DNA of 64,000 bases from Verrucomicrobiota bacterium (GTDB lineage Bacteria > Verrucomicrobiota > Verrucomicrobiia > Limisphaerales > AAA164-E04). How positions within the stretch are numbered: the stretch's first letter is position 1; each line of letters opens with the position of its first letter. Location: NCBI GenBank assembly GCA_047947115.1, contig CP170459.1, positions 1,856,001-1,920,000 of the forward strand, in the 5' to 3' direction. The notes beneath the pieces are model-generated. The model searched no databases. It was given only the letters and a program-made list of their open reading frames with translations, and was not told the origin of the DNA. This document shows positions 1 through 10,442 of the stretch, one piece after another. The position numbers were made by a program, and so were the translations under genes.

Positions 1-62
1 ATGTTTAAGAAGACCATGTCTGTCCTGGTTTCCCCCGCAGATATGATCAAATGGAATAAAAT

Positions 63-1556
63 ATGAATGAATCTGAATCAAATCAAACATGGCTCGGACA
101 CCCTTTGAGCCTTTCCACTTTGTTTTTTACCGAGCTTTGGGAGCGGTTCAGTTATTACGGGATGCGGGCGCTACTCGTGCTCTTCATGGTGGATAAGATT
201 CAGAATGGCGGCATGTCACTATATGATGAGATGGCTACCGCGATTTATGGCCTTTATACCGCATTTGTGTATCTTGCCTGTTTGCCGGGTGGATGGATGG
301 CAGATCGATTGTTGGGAGCCCGGAAGGCGGTTTGGGTAGGCGGCTTAGTGATTGCGGCAGGACATTTTACCCTGGCCATTCCAAATCAAACGGCGTTCTT
401 CAGCGGTTTGATCCTGGTGGTTCTCGGCACCGGGTTGTTGAAACCAAATGTCAGCGCCATGGTGGGACAACTCTACCCGGAGGGAGGAGCTCGACGGGAC
501 GCTGGCTTCACTTTGTTTTATATGGGCATCAACATGGGAGCGTTCCTCGGCCCGCTTGTCTGCAGCTATTTGGGAGAAAATGTGAATTGGCACATGGGCT
601 TTGCGGCCGCGGGTGTGGGGATGATTTTTGGCGTTATCCAATTTTGGCGGACGGGGCATCGGTTGGGAGATGCCGGGTTGATCGTCAAACGATCAGGTGA
701 TTCCAACATTTCCGGTTCCAGGTTCGATCGGGCCTGGTTCCCGGTGGTAGGGTTTTTGGCTGCGCTGGTTCTATTGATCGTCCTGATTGTTTCGGGTGCT
801 TTGCAGGTGAATGCTTTGTCCCTGGCTCAGCACACTACCTATGTCATTGTTGGTTTGGCTGTCGCCTTCTTTGTCTATTTATTTGTCTTTGGCAAACTGA
901 ATCCGGCCGAGTTCAAGCAAACTCTGGTCATCGTCGTTTTGTTCATTTCCTCAGCTGTTTTTTGGTCAGGCTTTGAGCAGGCAGGTTCGTCGTTGAATCT
1001 GTTTGCCGAACGTTACACGGACCGTCTGTTTTTTGGTTTTGAAATACCGGCTGGATGGTTTCAATCCTTGGGCCCGCTGTTCATCGTTACTTTGGCTCCC
1101 GTTTTTGCTTCGTTATGGGTGCGCTTGGCAACGAGACAATTGGATCCTTCCATGCCTGCTAAATTTGCGCTCGGTCTCCTGCTTCTCGGTCTAGGTTTTC
1201 TGGTGATGGTTGGTGCGGCAAATTTCGTCGTGACCGGACAAAAAGCCGCGCCTTATTGGTTGGTTCTCACTTACCTGATTCACACCATGGGAGAACTCTG
1301 TGTGAGTCCCGTCGGCTTAAGTTCGGTTACCAAACTGGCGCCCAAGCGTTTCATGGGCCAAATGATGGGAATCTGGTTTCTGGCAACCTCATTGGGAAAT
1401 CTGATCGCAGGGCTGATGGCCGGACGTTTCGATCCTGAATCCCTCAACGAAATGCCGGACATATTCCTGCAAATTGTCCTGACAACATTAGGGGCGTCGG
1501 TGATTCTGTTCGTGTGCAATCGACCCATTAAAAAACTGATGGCCCATGAGGGTTGA
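63..1556 (+). CDS. POT/PTR-family proton-dependent oligopeptide transporter (MFS)
   Basis: ExxERFxYY motif (ELWERFSYYGM), PTR2-type GGWMADRLLG, FYMGINMG, FEQAGSS and GELCVSPVGLS; many hydrophobic helices. Confidence 0.95.
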   Translation: MNESESNQTWLGHPLSLSTLFFTELWERFSYYGMRALLVLFMVDKIQNGGMSLYDEMATAIYGLYTAFVYLACLPGGWMADRLLGARKAVWVGGLVIAAGHFTLAIPNQTAFFSGLILVVLGTGLLKPNVSAMVGQLYPEGGARRDAGFTLFYMGINMGAFLGPLVCSYLGENVNWHMGFAAAGVGMIFGVIQFWRTGHRLGDAGLIVKRSGDSNISGSRFDRAWFPVVGFLAALVLLIVLIVSGALQVNALSLAQHTTYVIVGLAVAFFVYLFVFGKLNPAEFKQTLVIVVLFISSAVFWSGFEQAGSSLNLFAERYTDRLFFGFEIPAGWFQSLGPLFIVTLAPVFASLWVRLATRQLDPSMPAKFALGLLLLGLGFLVMVGAANFVVTGQKAAPYWLVLTYLIHTMGELCVSPVGLSSVTKLAPKRFMGQMMGIWFLATSLGNLIAGLMAGRFDPESLNEMPDIFLQIVLTTLGASVILFVCNRPIKKLMAHEG

Positions 1557-1673
1557 ATCGTATGTCGACCCACAATATCTCCGTACCAAGTGTATTGATT
1601 TCAGGTATCTATTCGTGTCAATTTGGAACACCTGCGGATAAACTTTTTGGTTCTTCCGTGTTGGGTGAATGTT

Positions 1674-2939
1674 ATGCGTAACTCAAAATTAAAGAACACC
1701 ACGCGGCGAGATTTCTTGCTCCAATGCGCCACCGCCGTTTCTTCCACTGTCGCTTTGGGGGGATGTCATGGTATGGGGCGAACGGCGCATGTGACCGCCC
1801 ATTCCACAAAGTTATTGTTCACTTCACAAGGTCGTACCGGGATGATCCGGTCCGATGGGTCCGGCCTGCATTATTTCGACTTTAAAGTTCCGGATCAGGT
1901 GACTTGGCAGCCGGGGCCCGTGATTTCGGGTGGTCGTCGAATGATTTTTCTGAGCATGGAGGCACGTCGTGACGGACCGGGACGTCCTTTTGATCAATAC
2001 TATCACCACACTCCGACACACATCTGGCTTTATGATTTCGAGACCGATGACCTGACGGAAATTTGCACGCGTAATCGGTTGAGTGTCTTTTACACCCCAG
2101 CGCTGGTGTTATCTGACGAGCGGTTGTTGGTGCAAGTGGTCAGGGATTCGGGGGGGCAGATTTTCAGCATGAACTATGATGGTTCGGATGAGCGTGAATT
2201 CACCCGGCTCGGTGAAGGTTTGCCCTACGGTCTCAGTCTGCATCCGGATGGTCAAAGGGTAGCCTATCATTTGGCAAGTCCAAAGGGATATCAGATCTGG
2301 ACCAGCGATATTGATGGTGTTAATCGGGTGCAAGTCGCCGCTCATCCAGATTACCTTTACTTCGGTCCTACCTGGTCTCCTGATGGTTCGTGGTTGGTTT
2401 TTCAGGCTTGTCGGTTCAAGGATGACCCGGGGCACGACTGGAGCGATGTGTGTGTGGCTCGGACGGATGGCAGCGAATTTCGTATGTTGACCAAAGGGCA
2501 GTCCATGTGGTTCGGGGCCACTTATGGCTCACCGGAAAATCGAGGAGGTGGTTCGAATCTTGCAGGATGGACCCGGGACGGAAAGATTCTATTTCCGCGC
2601 CGATTGCCTGACTCGAAAGTGCCCTGGGAGTACCAGTCCCAACGACCGGATGTAGATCATTTTAATCGTGACTTCCGACCCGATCTCGCCCGGGGAGGCA
2701 CCGAGATATGCCGCCTCGATCCCGCAACTGGTGCGACTGAATCGCTCACCCAAAGCCATCCTCCCGTCTGGGATTTCCGCGCCAGCGAGTCACCTGATGG
2801 AAAGCGGATCGTTTTCTGTCGAGCCGGGACAGGCGGAGTTCCGGCGCTTTTTAGCTCGGATGCTGACGGGAGTTCGCCCCTTTTGTTGACAGGCGGTTGG
2901 GAGGAACTTGGTGTCGATCATCCACGCTGGCTGATGTGA
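1674..2939 (+). CDS. Tat-exported TolB-like/PD40 beta-propeller protein
   Basis: Twin-arginine signal TRRDFLL followed by a possible lipobox (LGGC); repeated PD40-like motifs (HPDGQRV, WSPDGSWL, SPDGKRI). Start set at ATG 1674. Confidence 0.75.
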   Translation: MRNSKLKNTTRRDFLLQCATAVSSTVALGGCHGMGRTAHVTAHSTKLLFTSQGRTGMIRSDGSGLHYFDFKVPDQVTWQPGPVISGGRRMIFLSMEARRDGPGRPFDQYYHHTPTHIWLYDFETDDLTEICTRNRLSVFYTPALVLSDERLLVQVVRDSGGQIFSMNYDGSDEREFTRLGEGLPYGLSLHPDGQRVAYHLASPKGYQIWTSDIDGVNRVQVAAHPDYLYFGPTWSPDGSWLVFQACRFKDDPGHDWSDVCVARTDGSEFRMLTKGQSMWFGATYGSPENRGGGSNLAGWTRDGKILFPRRLPDSKVPWEYQSQRPDVDHFNRDFRPDLARGGTEICRLDPATGATESLTQSHPPVWDFRASESPDGKRIVFCRAGTGGVPALFSSDADGSSPLLLTGGWEELGVDHPRWLM

Positions 2940-3013
2940 GGTGCGGACTACACATCAAACTTCCTATCATTGCAGGTTTGAAAATATCTCAAATCAAATT
3001 TATCTTTAGTTCG

Positions 3014-4045
3014 ATGCTTAAACGAATCAACATTGAATGTTACCTCGCAGAAGTAGGCTTATTGCCTGTTGTGGATGTGCGTTCGCCGGCTGAATATGCA
3101 AAGGGGCATATCCCGAACGCCGTCAATATTCCAATATTCAGTGATGAAGAACGGGCGATGGTGGGAACTGCCTATAAGCAAGTGTCCAGGGAGCGGGCCA
3201 TCGAAATTGGGATGGAATTCGTTCAGCCCAAGCTTCAACGTTTTATTGATGATACACTTCGCATTGCTCCGAATAAAACGGTTGTCGTGCATTGCTGGCG
3301 AGGTGGCATGCGGAGTCAATCATTCGCGCAGCATCTGTTGGACAATGGGTTCGAGCAGGTTTACGTCATTGAAAAAGGTTATAAAGCTTACCGGACTCAA
3401 GTCCTGAATGGATTCAATAACGATGCTCAGTTGGTTGTCATCGGGGGGTTCACTGGGAGCGCTAAAACTGACTTGCTCAAACACATCAAAAATTCAGGGG
3501 ATCAGCAGGTGATTGATTTGGAATGTCTGGCCAATCACAGGGGGTCCGCCTTTGGGGGGATTGATCAAGGCCCTCAACCTACTACAGAGCAGTTTGAAAA
3601 CAACCTGTTCTGGGAATGGAAGGATTTGGACCTTGATCAACCAATATGGATTGAAGATGAAAGTCGAGCGATTGGTTCCGTTGTGATTCCGCAAGGTTTA
3701 TTTGAAAATATGAGAACATGTCGTTTGTATTTTCTGGACATACCTCTCCAAGAAAGGGCCAAGCATCTAGTAAAGGACTATGGTGGGGCCGATAAAGCGG
3801 CGTTGGAGGATTCAATTATTCGGATCTCATCTCGGTTGGGAGGTTTGACGACTCGTCGTGCATTAGATTATCTGGAGCAGGGAGATATGTATGAAGTGGC
3901 AAAAATCATGCTTGTCTATTACGATAAATATTACTCCAAAGGTGTTGCCAATCGAGATCCTGAAAGGGTGACAACCATCCCCTTGAAAACAGCCAACCCC
4001 ATGCAAAATGCCGCTGAAGTCAAGAAATGGCTCAATGGGTTTTGA
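3014..4045 (+). CDS. mnmH: tRNA 2-selenouridine(34) synthase
   Basis: N-terminal rhodanese domain (DVRSPAEY..GHIP, CWRGGMRS) plus P-loop-like GGFTGSAKT, LANHRGSAFG, IEDES and YYDK motifs. Confidence 0.93.
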   Translation: MLKRINIECYLAEVGLLPVVDVRSPAEYAKGHIPNAVNIPIFSDEERAMVGTAYKQVSRERAIEIGMEFVQPKLQRFIDDTLRIAPNKTVVVHCWRGGMRSQSFAQHLLDNGFEQVYVIEKGYKAYRTQVLNGFNNDAQLVVIGGFTGSAKTDLLKHIKNSGDQQVIDLECLANHRGSAFGGIDQGPQPTTEQFENNLFWEWKDLDLDQPIWIEDESRAIGSVVIPQGLFENMRTCRLYFLDIPLQERAKHLVKDYGGADKAALEDSIIRISSRLGGLTTRRALDYLEQGDMYEVAKIMLVYYDKYYSKGVANRDPERVTTIPLKTANPMQNAAEVKKWLNGF

Positions 4046-4171
4046 TCAAATATTGGCGACGCCAACAACACGGTCACGGAATATCGCAGCGTCAGGTATG
4101 GAATGCTGCAGAATCCCCGTTGGTAACAAATCATGACTCCCTGGCAGCCAATCAAAGGATTCTTTAACCTT

Positions 4172-4274
4172 TGCCAAATGCAATTTCAGAAAAGCTTCTG
4201 CGTCACTGCGTCTGGCGCACCGGCCTTGAGAACGAGAAGCATCAGCGAGCCCTTATTCGTCAGTACTTTTGCCA
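4172..4274. repeat. MITE-like dispersed repeat, copy 1 (decayed termini)
   Basis: Aligns along its length with 18744-18848; shared core AGAAGCATCAGCGAGCCCTTAT. Confidence 0.7.
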
Positions 4275-4417
4275 ATCAGTATAACAAGCAAATGGTTCGC
4301 CTTTCAAAGTCGTTATCCGAGTCACCTTGAGCATGGACTCTTCAATGTTCCCGAAAAATTCTGCCGGCACCTTGGCAAGGTCTCCTGCATTGGTTTGCTG
4401 TTGTCGCCCAAACGCTC

Positions 4418-5560
4418 CTACCGGGTCACCAAGTAACCGGTAATGCGTGGTGCCAATGTGAGCGTTGGCCCACTTGATAATTCATCCGTGGCGTGACCGT
4501 TCAGGTTGAGTGGTGTGAAGTTGGCTTCTTGTTGGAACCGGACAAATCCTTCTAACCCGCGAACACATCAAGAATCACGTCCAATATTGATGATTCGATG
4601 TAATCCACTTTCCGGGGTTCAGTTTTGAATTGAGTGGTTTTTCCTCGTTTATGATCTGTACTATCATGCGTTTGCTGTCGGAGATTGGGCGGTTATCCAG
4701 GGAAACGAGAACAACATGAGCGAGATTCATGGGGGAAACAATGCTGATATCGCGCAGTGCAATCGATTGACCAGAAGCCAGGTTCCCGGAAACGCCTTGG
4801 ACCTTGTCGGCGTTGATCAATAGAAGACCGTTCTAATAATCGAGATCCAATTGAGGGTGGCTCGAGGTAACCGTTTTCCGAGGTCGCTGGTGTACTCCTG
4901 GAAATTCTCAAGATGCACTTCACCGGCCTTGTCATTGAACTCGACTTTTGTGCGCCCGACAAAATGAATCAGCGGATCAATCACCGTATCCGACGGAAGA
5001 GGGGAGGCATCCGGGACGTCCAGAAGGCGGAGCACGTCGAAAGAACCGTCTTGAGGTAGTGGGGTTCCTTCAAGCGAAAACAAATCATCACGCGACAAGT
5101 GAAGCTCTGCCATCACCTTGCCTGGATCGATCAGACCCTTCCGATAAATCAGGGCGGCAGCCGAAAACTCTCCTGCCATGGTGGGTGCCATGAGGGTCCA
5201 GTGTTGTATCCAAAAACCTGGCTTTACAGACCGCCTCGAACCGTCAAAAGCGAAATGGACGATGGCGTTTGTCAGGGATCCATATCGTTCGATGAGCGAT
5301 CTGGCAAATTGTCCTTCCAGCACGGCCAGCTGTGGTTCCGGAATATTTTCTTCGGGAAATGTCCAGAAAAAGAACGAATCCTTATTTTGAATTACAGCGC
5401 CAAAGAGTGCTGGTTCATCAACGAGTCGTCTGCCAGTCTCAGGACTCGGGGTTTGAAGGAGCACGCGCCACCATTCCCGGTATTTTTCCTGAAAGGCCTC
5501 ATTGAGCATCAAAGCGGCAAATGGATGTTTGTCTCCGTTGTAACCTTTCAACCAGTCCTA
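4418..5560 (-). pseudogene. Fragmented large hypothetical (glycoside-hydrolase-like) gene
   Basis: Protein-like sequence continues across three frames (5551-4817, 4820-4575 and a tail ending LVTR* at 4418); no 5' end; VSLDNRPISDSKRMIVQ-type C-terminal segment. Confidence 0.55.
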
Positions 5561-5942
5561 TGAATGTGGTTTCCATGTCATCTGTGGCATCATCCTGACT
5601 TTTACGAATGTTTCCAAAAATTTCTTTCAGACCATGCTCCATTGTAAAACTTGGATCGGTGATGCCTGTTTTCGATCTCAAGGGTGAATCCAGGCCATTT
5701 TCGAAGCCATTCTCGGGGAGATATGGGGCTTTAAGCATCACGGCCGCCATCACTACTTGTCCGGGAGAGTCGGGGTGTAGTGAATCCTGATACTGGGTCT
5801 TTCGTAGCAAGGACTGAGGATTCCGCAAAAGGACAACAGTTGGTGAAAGGATCTCATGACACGACCTTCGCCTGGTGGGTCTGACTTGTTGATTTCGAAC
5901 GGAGGCACTCTTGAATGTGCAAGCATCAGGATGCGGGGTAAC

Positions 5943-6332
5943 TCAATCCCTTGAGTCCATGCTGCGATTGAAGGCCTTGCGTAACCGCTCAACCCGGCGT
6001 CGGTTCGTTCCCAAATCCCAATAGCCTACTCTTGAGGCTGATCGAATGTGTATCAACTGATGGGATGAATCCAATCGGCTTTGGAAGTCATCCTCAAATT
6101 TAAGGAGCGGAGTTCGAAACGTAGCTCGCAAAGAGGCATCGTTGCTTTCGATGATCGTCCCCGTTTTTTCTTCCTTGATGATGTTCAGCCACTTTGCCCA
6201 GGCAACTTTTGCGGATCCTGTAAAACGAATGGGAGAAATCCAATGACCGTTCTGTTGCCCATCACTGCATACGCAGTTGGGTGAATTGGGGCAGGGCGGC
6301 AGCTCATTGAGACTATTGGATGTTTGATTCAT
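5943..6332 (-). CDS. DUF1499 family protein
   Basis: LPPCPNSPNCVCS, F.DD and RSASRVGYWDLGTNRRRVE motifs; start set at ATG 6332. Confidence 0.85.
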   Translation of the reverse strand: MNQTSNSLNELPPCPNSPNCVCSDGQQNGHWISPIRFTGSAKVAWAKWLNIIKEEKTGTIIESNDASLRATFRTPLLKFEDDFQSRLDSSHQLIHIRSASRVGYWDLGTNRRRVERLRKAFNRSMDSRD

Positions 6333-6604
6333 TTTTTTTACCTTTGGATTGATTGATAAGTAACCAGAGCGGTTCCTACGCATGGAAACACGCAGTTCCG
6401 AGCAGGTCCCACGATGGGCTACCGTTTGGAATGAAATGAGATGCATGCAACCTAGCAAATCCCAACCATTCACTCTTGCCAAGTTCATTGCTTAGTCTTT
6501 AGCATTTGAGTTCAGCTTGAGGTTACGGGGTTTCGGCCCGCCTCGTTGTATTACAACAGATTGAAAACATTGTAAATTTATCAACTCAACTAAGATCATC
6601 GCCC

Positions 6605-7933
6605 ATGGCTGCTTCATCGTCAATTCTCCCGGATAAACTGCACGAGTACCCTCAACAAGATGTGATCGACGGATCCGGTGTAGGACCGGATTCGGTTCTC
6701 GATGATTGCATTAACAAAAGCGGTGGGGTATTGCAACTTCTGCACCGTTATGCGGGACGGACATTTTGTACGCCCGGTAAGCGTATTCGCCTTGATGCGG
6801 AGTCATACTATCCGGATTACATGGGCGGGACGGGGCTGGATGAGCTTTGGATGTGCTGCACTGTGCCCATCGTGACCGGAGTCATTGATACCCGCACGAA
6901 CAAGGCGCCGTTTCGCGAAGGGGAATCGCATGTCCTCACCCCGAATGGCCAGGTCATTTCGCTGCAGGATTTGATTGTCGCCAGCCCGGAAACGGTCATT
7001 GGAGAGAAAATGACGGCTTTTTCAAAATCGATGTTTGGTGATCCGACTTGGCCGATCGTGTCCAAGAAATTCGACAATCTGAATCCAATTCCGCATCATC
7101 TCCATTGGGCAAAGTGGGAAGTGTACGACATCAACTCATACGACAACCCCGGAGTCAGTCCGTCGCATTATCACACCACGGCCATGGGGTTGTACCCGTT
7201 TGTGACAAAGGATCAGTTTCTCGCCTGCATGAAGCGCTTCGGGCAGGGTGAGTATAACGGCGTTCGGCATTTGTCGCCGCATACGATGATGCACATTGAT
7301 AACGGCTTCGTGATGCCGAATGGCGTGCTGCATTCACCGACCGACCTTTGCACCCACGAACTGCACGTCACGATGGACGAGCACTTCCTGGCTGAAGATC
7401 TGACACTGGATGGACGTATCGGAGCAGCCGATGCGTTTTACGCCTGCCGGGAAGAAGACTATCCCAAGGCCAAGCACGAAGATTGGGAATTCCTGGTGGA
7501 TACCTTCGACTTCGAAGCGAATCAGGATCCTGACTTCGTGATGAAGAATTCACGTCCTGCCATCACTGCCCAGGAATTTACAGGCGATGGAGTGGACGCT
7601 AAGTGGATTGTATACGGTGATTTCCTTGGCGACCAGAAGTGTTCCATTCTTCGTCTCATCGTGGCGCCCGGAGCCAAGACGAATTTCTGTCCCGAAAGTC
7701 CCGCGCTGTTCCACACGAATGGCGGAAATGGCCGTGTCGGACAACTCGAGGTGCGCTATCACCAGAATATGAAACTCGGTGAAATCTATCCCGAGATTGG
7801 ATTCATCACACAGGCTGCACTTAACAACGGCGGCGTCGAAATCAAGAACACGGGAACCGAACCCCTCGTCCTGACCTTCGACTTCCCGCAGCAGGCGCAT
7901 TCTCAAACGCCCGGTGTTGTCGTTGCAAATTAG
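6605..7933 (+). CDS. Hypothetical cupin-like protein (mannose-6-phosphate isomerase type I-like fold)
   Basis: Long ORF with strong codon bias; ELWM, SKKFD...PHHLH and GVLHSP motifs resemble PMI-type cupin metal sites. Confidence 0.55.
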   Translation: MAASSSILPDKLHEYPQQDVIDGSGVGPDSVLDDCINKSGGVLQLLHRYAGRTFCTPGKRIRLDAESYYPDYMGGTGLDELWMCCTVPIVTGVIDTRTNKAPFREGESHVLTPNGQVISLQDLIVASPETVIGEKMTAFSKSMFGDPTWPIVSKKFDNLNPIPHHLHWAKWEVYDINSYDNPGVSPSHYHTTAMGLYPFVTKDQFLACMKRFGQGEYNGVRHLSPHTMMHIDNGFVMPNGVLHSPTDLCTHELHVTMDEHFLAEDLTLDGRIGAADAFYACREEDYPKAKHEDWEFLVDTFDFEANQDPDFVMKNSRPAITAQEFTGDGVDAKWIVYGDFLGDQKCSILRLIVAPGAKTNFCPESPALFHTNGGNGRVGQLEVRYHQNMKLGEIYPEIGFITQAALNNGGVEIKNTGTEPLVLTFDFPQQAHSQTPGVVVAN

Positions 7934-8009
7934 GGCACTTCCCAGGGCGCTTCTGTTGAATCTTAGCCAGCCTACCGGGGCGTGTTTGACGTCAGTCAAA
8001 AGGTGTGGA

Positions 8010-8933
8010 TCATCTTTTTATTGGGCCGATATAGCGGTTTGCAATCACCAGGTTGTCGAAGTAGACGATGTTGGTTGGATTCTTTGTCCATCGATCGGTC
8101 ACGTAGCTTTCAAGTGTCAGTGCATTGGCACGGAGCTCCGATGAAGTGCGCCATTGAAAGCCCTTCCAATGGCCTCGCAACTCGCCATTGATCCAGAAAG
8201 CCTGTTCTCCATCCGCTTTGCCGGGTCTGTTGTGCTTCAGCATGAACTCGGCGCAGATCCATTCGCCCTTTGGGATGTTTGGTTGTGAGTCGGGACGGAA
8301 ACTGTTGCCCCAGAATTTTCCGTCTCCGCTCGCTTTCATTTCGTGCCAGTAACTGTAGAAGTTCCATCGTCCCGGAGCTTCCCATCTTCCCCAGTTACCC
8401 CAGGGCTCCAATGCGGTCGAAAATCGTTCGTTGCCTTCAGGCTTGAGTCCGGCGCCGCCAAATCCTGACCAACGGTCACTGCCCGTCAGTCCTTTGTTCG
8501 CTCGCAGAGTGACAAAATGGTGTATGTAATCACTGTCCTGGTCGAAACGTACGTAAAGCCTGATGAAAAGGGTGTCGGCCGATTCGAACCATTTGGTCAG
8601 GCCGCCTCCGGTGTTTTTTCCAAGCGTGGCCGTCACTTTCAGGCTTTGACCGATGCCATTGGTTTCGTCCGGGCCAACCAGTGAGAGCACCTTGCCATCG
8701 CTGTCCCGACTTTCATCCCAGTTCTTCTTGTATGGCTCCGATTCGAAGTCTTCAGAAAAGATTACCTCCGGCGCCTCGTTGATTCCTTTATCCCTGACGT
8801 AGTCAGAAGCCAGTCCGGCTCCCTCATGTAACTGAGAGTTCTCTATCGATATGATTTCCAGGGAAAAGACTGGGTTCGAAATCGAACTCACGGCGAGTGT
8901 CAAAGCTGATAAGAAAAGGGTGCGTATATCCAT
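8010..8933 (-). CDS. Secreted hypothetical protein, beta-jelly-roll (polysaccharide-lyase/LamG-like)
   Basis: Signal peptide after ATG 8933; FSEDFE, W.C.E...K.N.PG..DG....WING and YFDNLVIA motifs. Confidence 0.6.
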   Translation of the reverse strand: MDIRTLFLSALTLAVSSISNPVFSLEIISIENSQLHEGAGLASDYVRDKGINEAPEVIFSEDFESEPYKKNWDESRDSDGKVLSLVGPDETNGIGQSLKVTATLGKNTGGGLTKWFESADTLFIRLYVRFDQDSDYIHHFVTLRANKGLTGSDRWSGFGGAGLKPEGNERFSTALEPWGNWGRWEAPGRWNFYSYWHEMKASGDGKFWGNSFRPDSQPNIPKGEWICAEFMLKHNRPGKADGEQAFWINGELRGHWKGFQWRTSSELRANALTLESYVTDRWTKNPTNIVYFDNLVIANRYIGPIKR

Positions 8934-9027
8934 GAGCGTTTTTGAAAATTTTGCGAGAACCTCCGGCCTCTGTGTTTTGATTGTAACTAAGAATTCAAAC
9001 TGTAATGACTGAAACGCGTGGAGGATC

Positions 9028-9327
9028 TTATCCAAGCCGAGACAAAGCGATGGTCTCAATGGCTTTGGCAAGATTCAAATCTTTTTCGGTCACCTTGTTG
9101 CCGGCGTCATGTGTCGTTAGTTGAATTTGGACGCTGTTGTAAACGTTGAACAGCTTGGGGTGGTGGTTCATTCTTTCACAGGCGAATGCCATTTCGGTGA
9201 TGAAGCCCATAGCTTCAGTGAAACAGGAAAAATGATATTCACGGTGAATGGCATTTTCCTCAAACCTCCAACCGGGCAGGGCGACCAAAGCCGCTTGAAC
9301 GGCATCTTCAGTTAATATTGCTTGCAT
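9028..9327 (-). CDS. phhB: Pterin-4-alpha-carbinolamine dehydratase
   Basis: 99 aa; NHHP...YN.V...LTTHDAG..VT.KD signature. Confidence 0.92.
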   Translation of the reverse strand: MQAILTEDAVQAALVALPGWRFEENAIHREYHFSCFTEAMGFITEMAFACERMNHHPKLFNVYNSVQIQLTTHDAGNKVTEKDLNLAKAIETIALSRLG

Positions 9328-9331
9328 ATGT

Positions 9332-9818
9332 CTACTCCACGTTCAAGTAACCTTCTAACCAGCCACGTGAACCCTGTGGCGATATCTTGTCGGCGATGTC
9401 ACTTCCGTCGGCGAGGGTGAACAATATGGCCAGGAGAAATTTGCCTTTGGGTGCGTCGCGTGTGTAGCGTCCTTCTCCCTTGAAATCTCCTTGGGCGACA
9501 AGATCAAAGCTTGTCACTTTCTCTCCATCAGTTTCCACGGTTCCACTGAGTTGGGCATCGAATGTTCGATCTCCCGATTCTGTAGATAGCTTAGCTTTGC
9601 CCGAAACCCTGTCTTGATCCAGTTTGAAATCCACTTCGCGCAATTCCTTTGAACGCCACATGGGTGGTTCGCCCCGGGTATTGTCAACCAGATGAAATCT
9701 GGCCATTCGGAGCTGCAGACTGCGGGGGAATTCTCCGCGAACCAGTAATTCATGCTCCTTTTTAGTTATCCAGAGATTGTCTCTGGAAATGGATTGTTGA
9801 AAGTTGAGATTCATATCA
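9332..9818 (-). pseudogene. 5'-truncated hypothetical protein (C-terminal part, HLVDNTRGEPPMW motif)
   Basis: The coding-like frame is cut at ~9818, exactly where the duplicated segment begins; the nominal start lies inside the duplicated ABC-gene fragment. Confidence 0.6.
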
Positions 9819-9938
9819 CATGCTCCCGGGCTCCAGCTCAAAAGAGACATTCTTCAAAACGCTGGTTTGTCCATATCGCATTTGAAGGCCCTTGACCCGT
9901 TCGATGCTGCTTGGTTTATCTGTGTTGTTGGATGGCAC
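9819..9938 (-). pseudogene. 5' remnant (~40 codons) of the ABC ATP-binding gene
   Basis: Matches the first 120 nt of the intact gene at 27286-27972 and stops before Walker A. Confidence 0.85.
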
Positions 9939-10442
9939 ATCGGAGAATATGCCTTATGGGCAGCAGAAGGCAACACGTGCTTGCCATTTCAACGGAGGAA
10001 AGACACTCATCCGGCTCTATTTAGAATCACTATTTTCGCGCCAGCCTTTGTTGGAATCAAGTGGTCATGTCTTGGAATACGAATCTTAATCTGGCGAATC
10101 CCGCCTGCCCGGCAGAAGTGCAAATTTCATGTTTATTACATTTTGTCCCTTGACCCGCATTCCACACGGGTGTCTTTTACTGCCATCGTCGGAAACAAAA
10201 CTAATTTATTTTTAAAAAGGACCCGCAATAAAGTATGAATGAGCGCATGCTATCAAATGATTTTTGGATATTAAGGCCAAGTTCACAATGACAGACAGTT
10301 CAGCAAAAGAAATGTTACAATTATTCTCCACGGTCACTCGCGTCTATCTCACATCAAAGCATTTAGTCACGGGGCTTCATGCTGGCGGACCCTTGGAAGC
10401 TTTCGGAGACTGACACGGATATCTTTGGCCACCAGGATTCAT

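Noticed and set aside
5499..5828. 109-aa ORF with a DSLHP motif suggesting an SGNH hydrolase C-terminus
   Set aside because: The motif is too short and the rest looks chimeric; treated as debris rather than a gene.
9804..10238. ORFs in the intergenic part of the duplication (also 27945-28371)
   Set aside because: Frames are not conserved between the two copies, so this is probably non-coding regulatory DNA.
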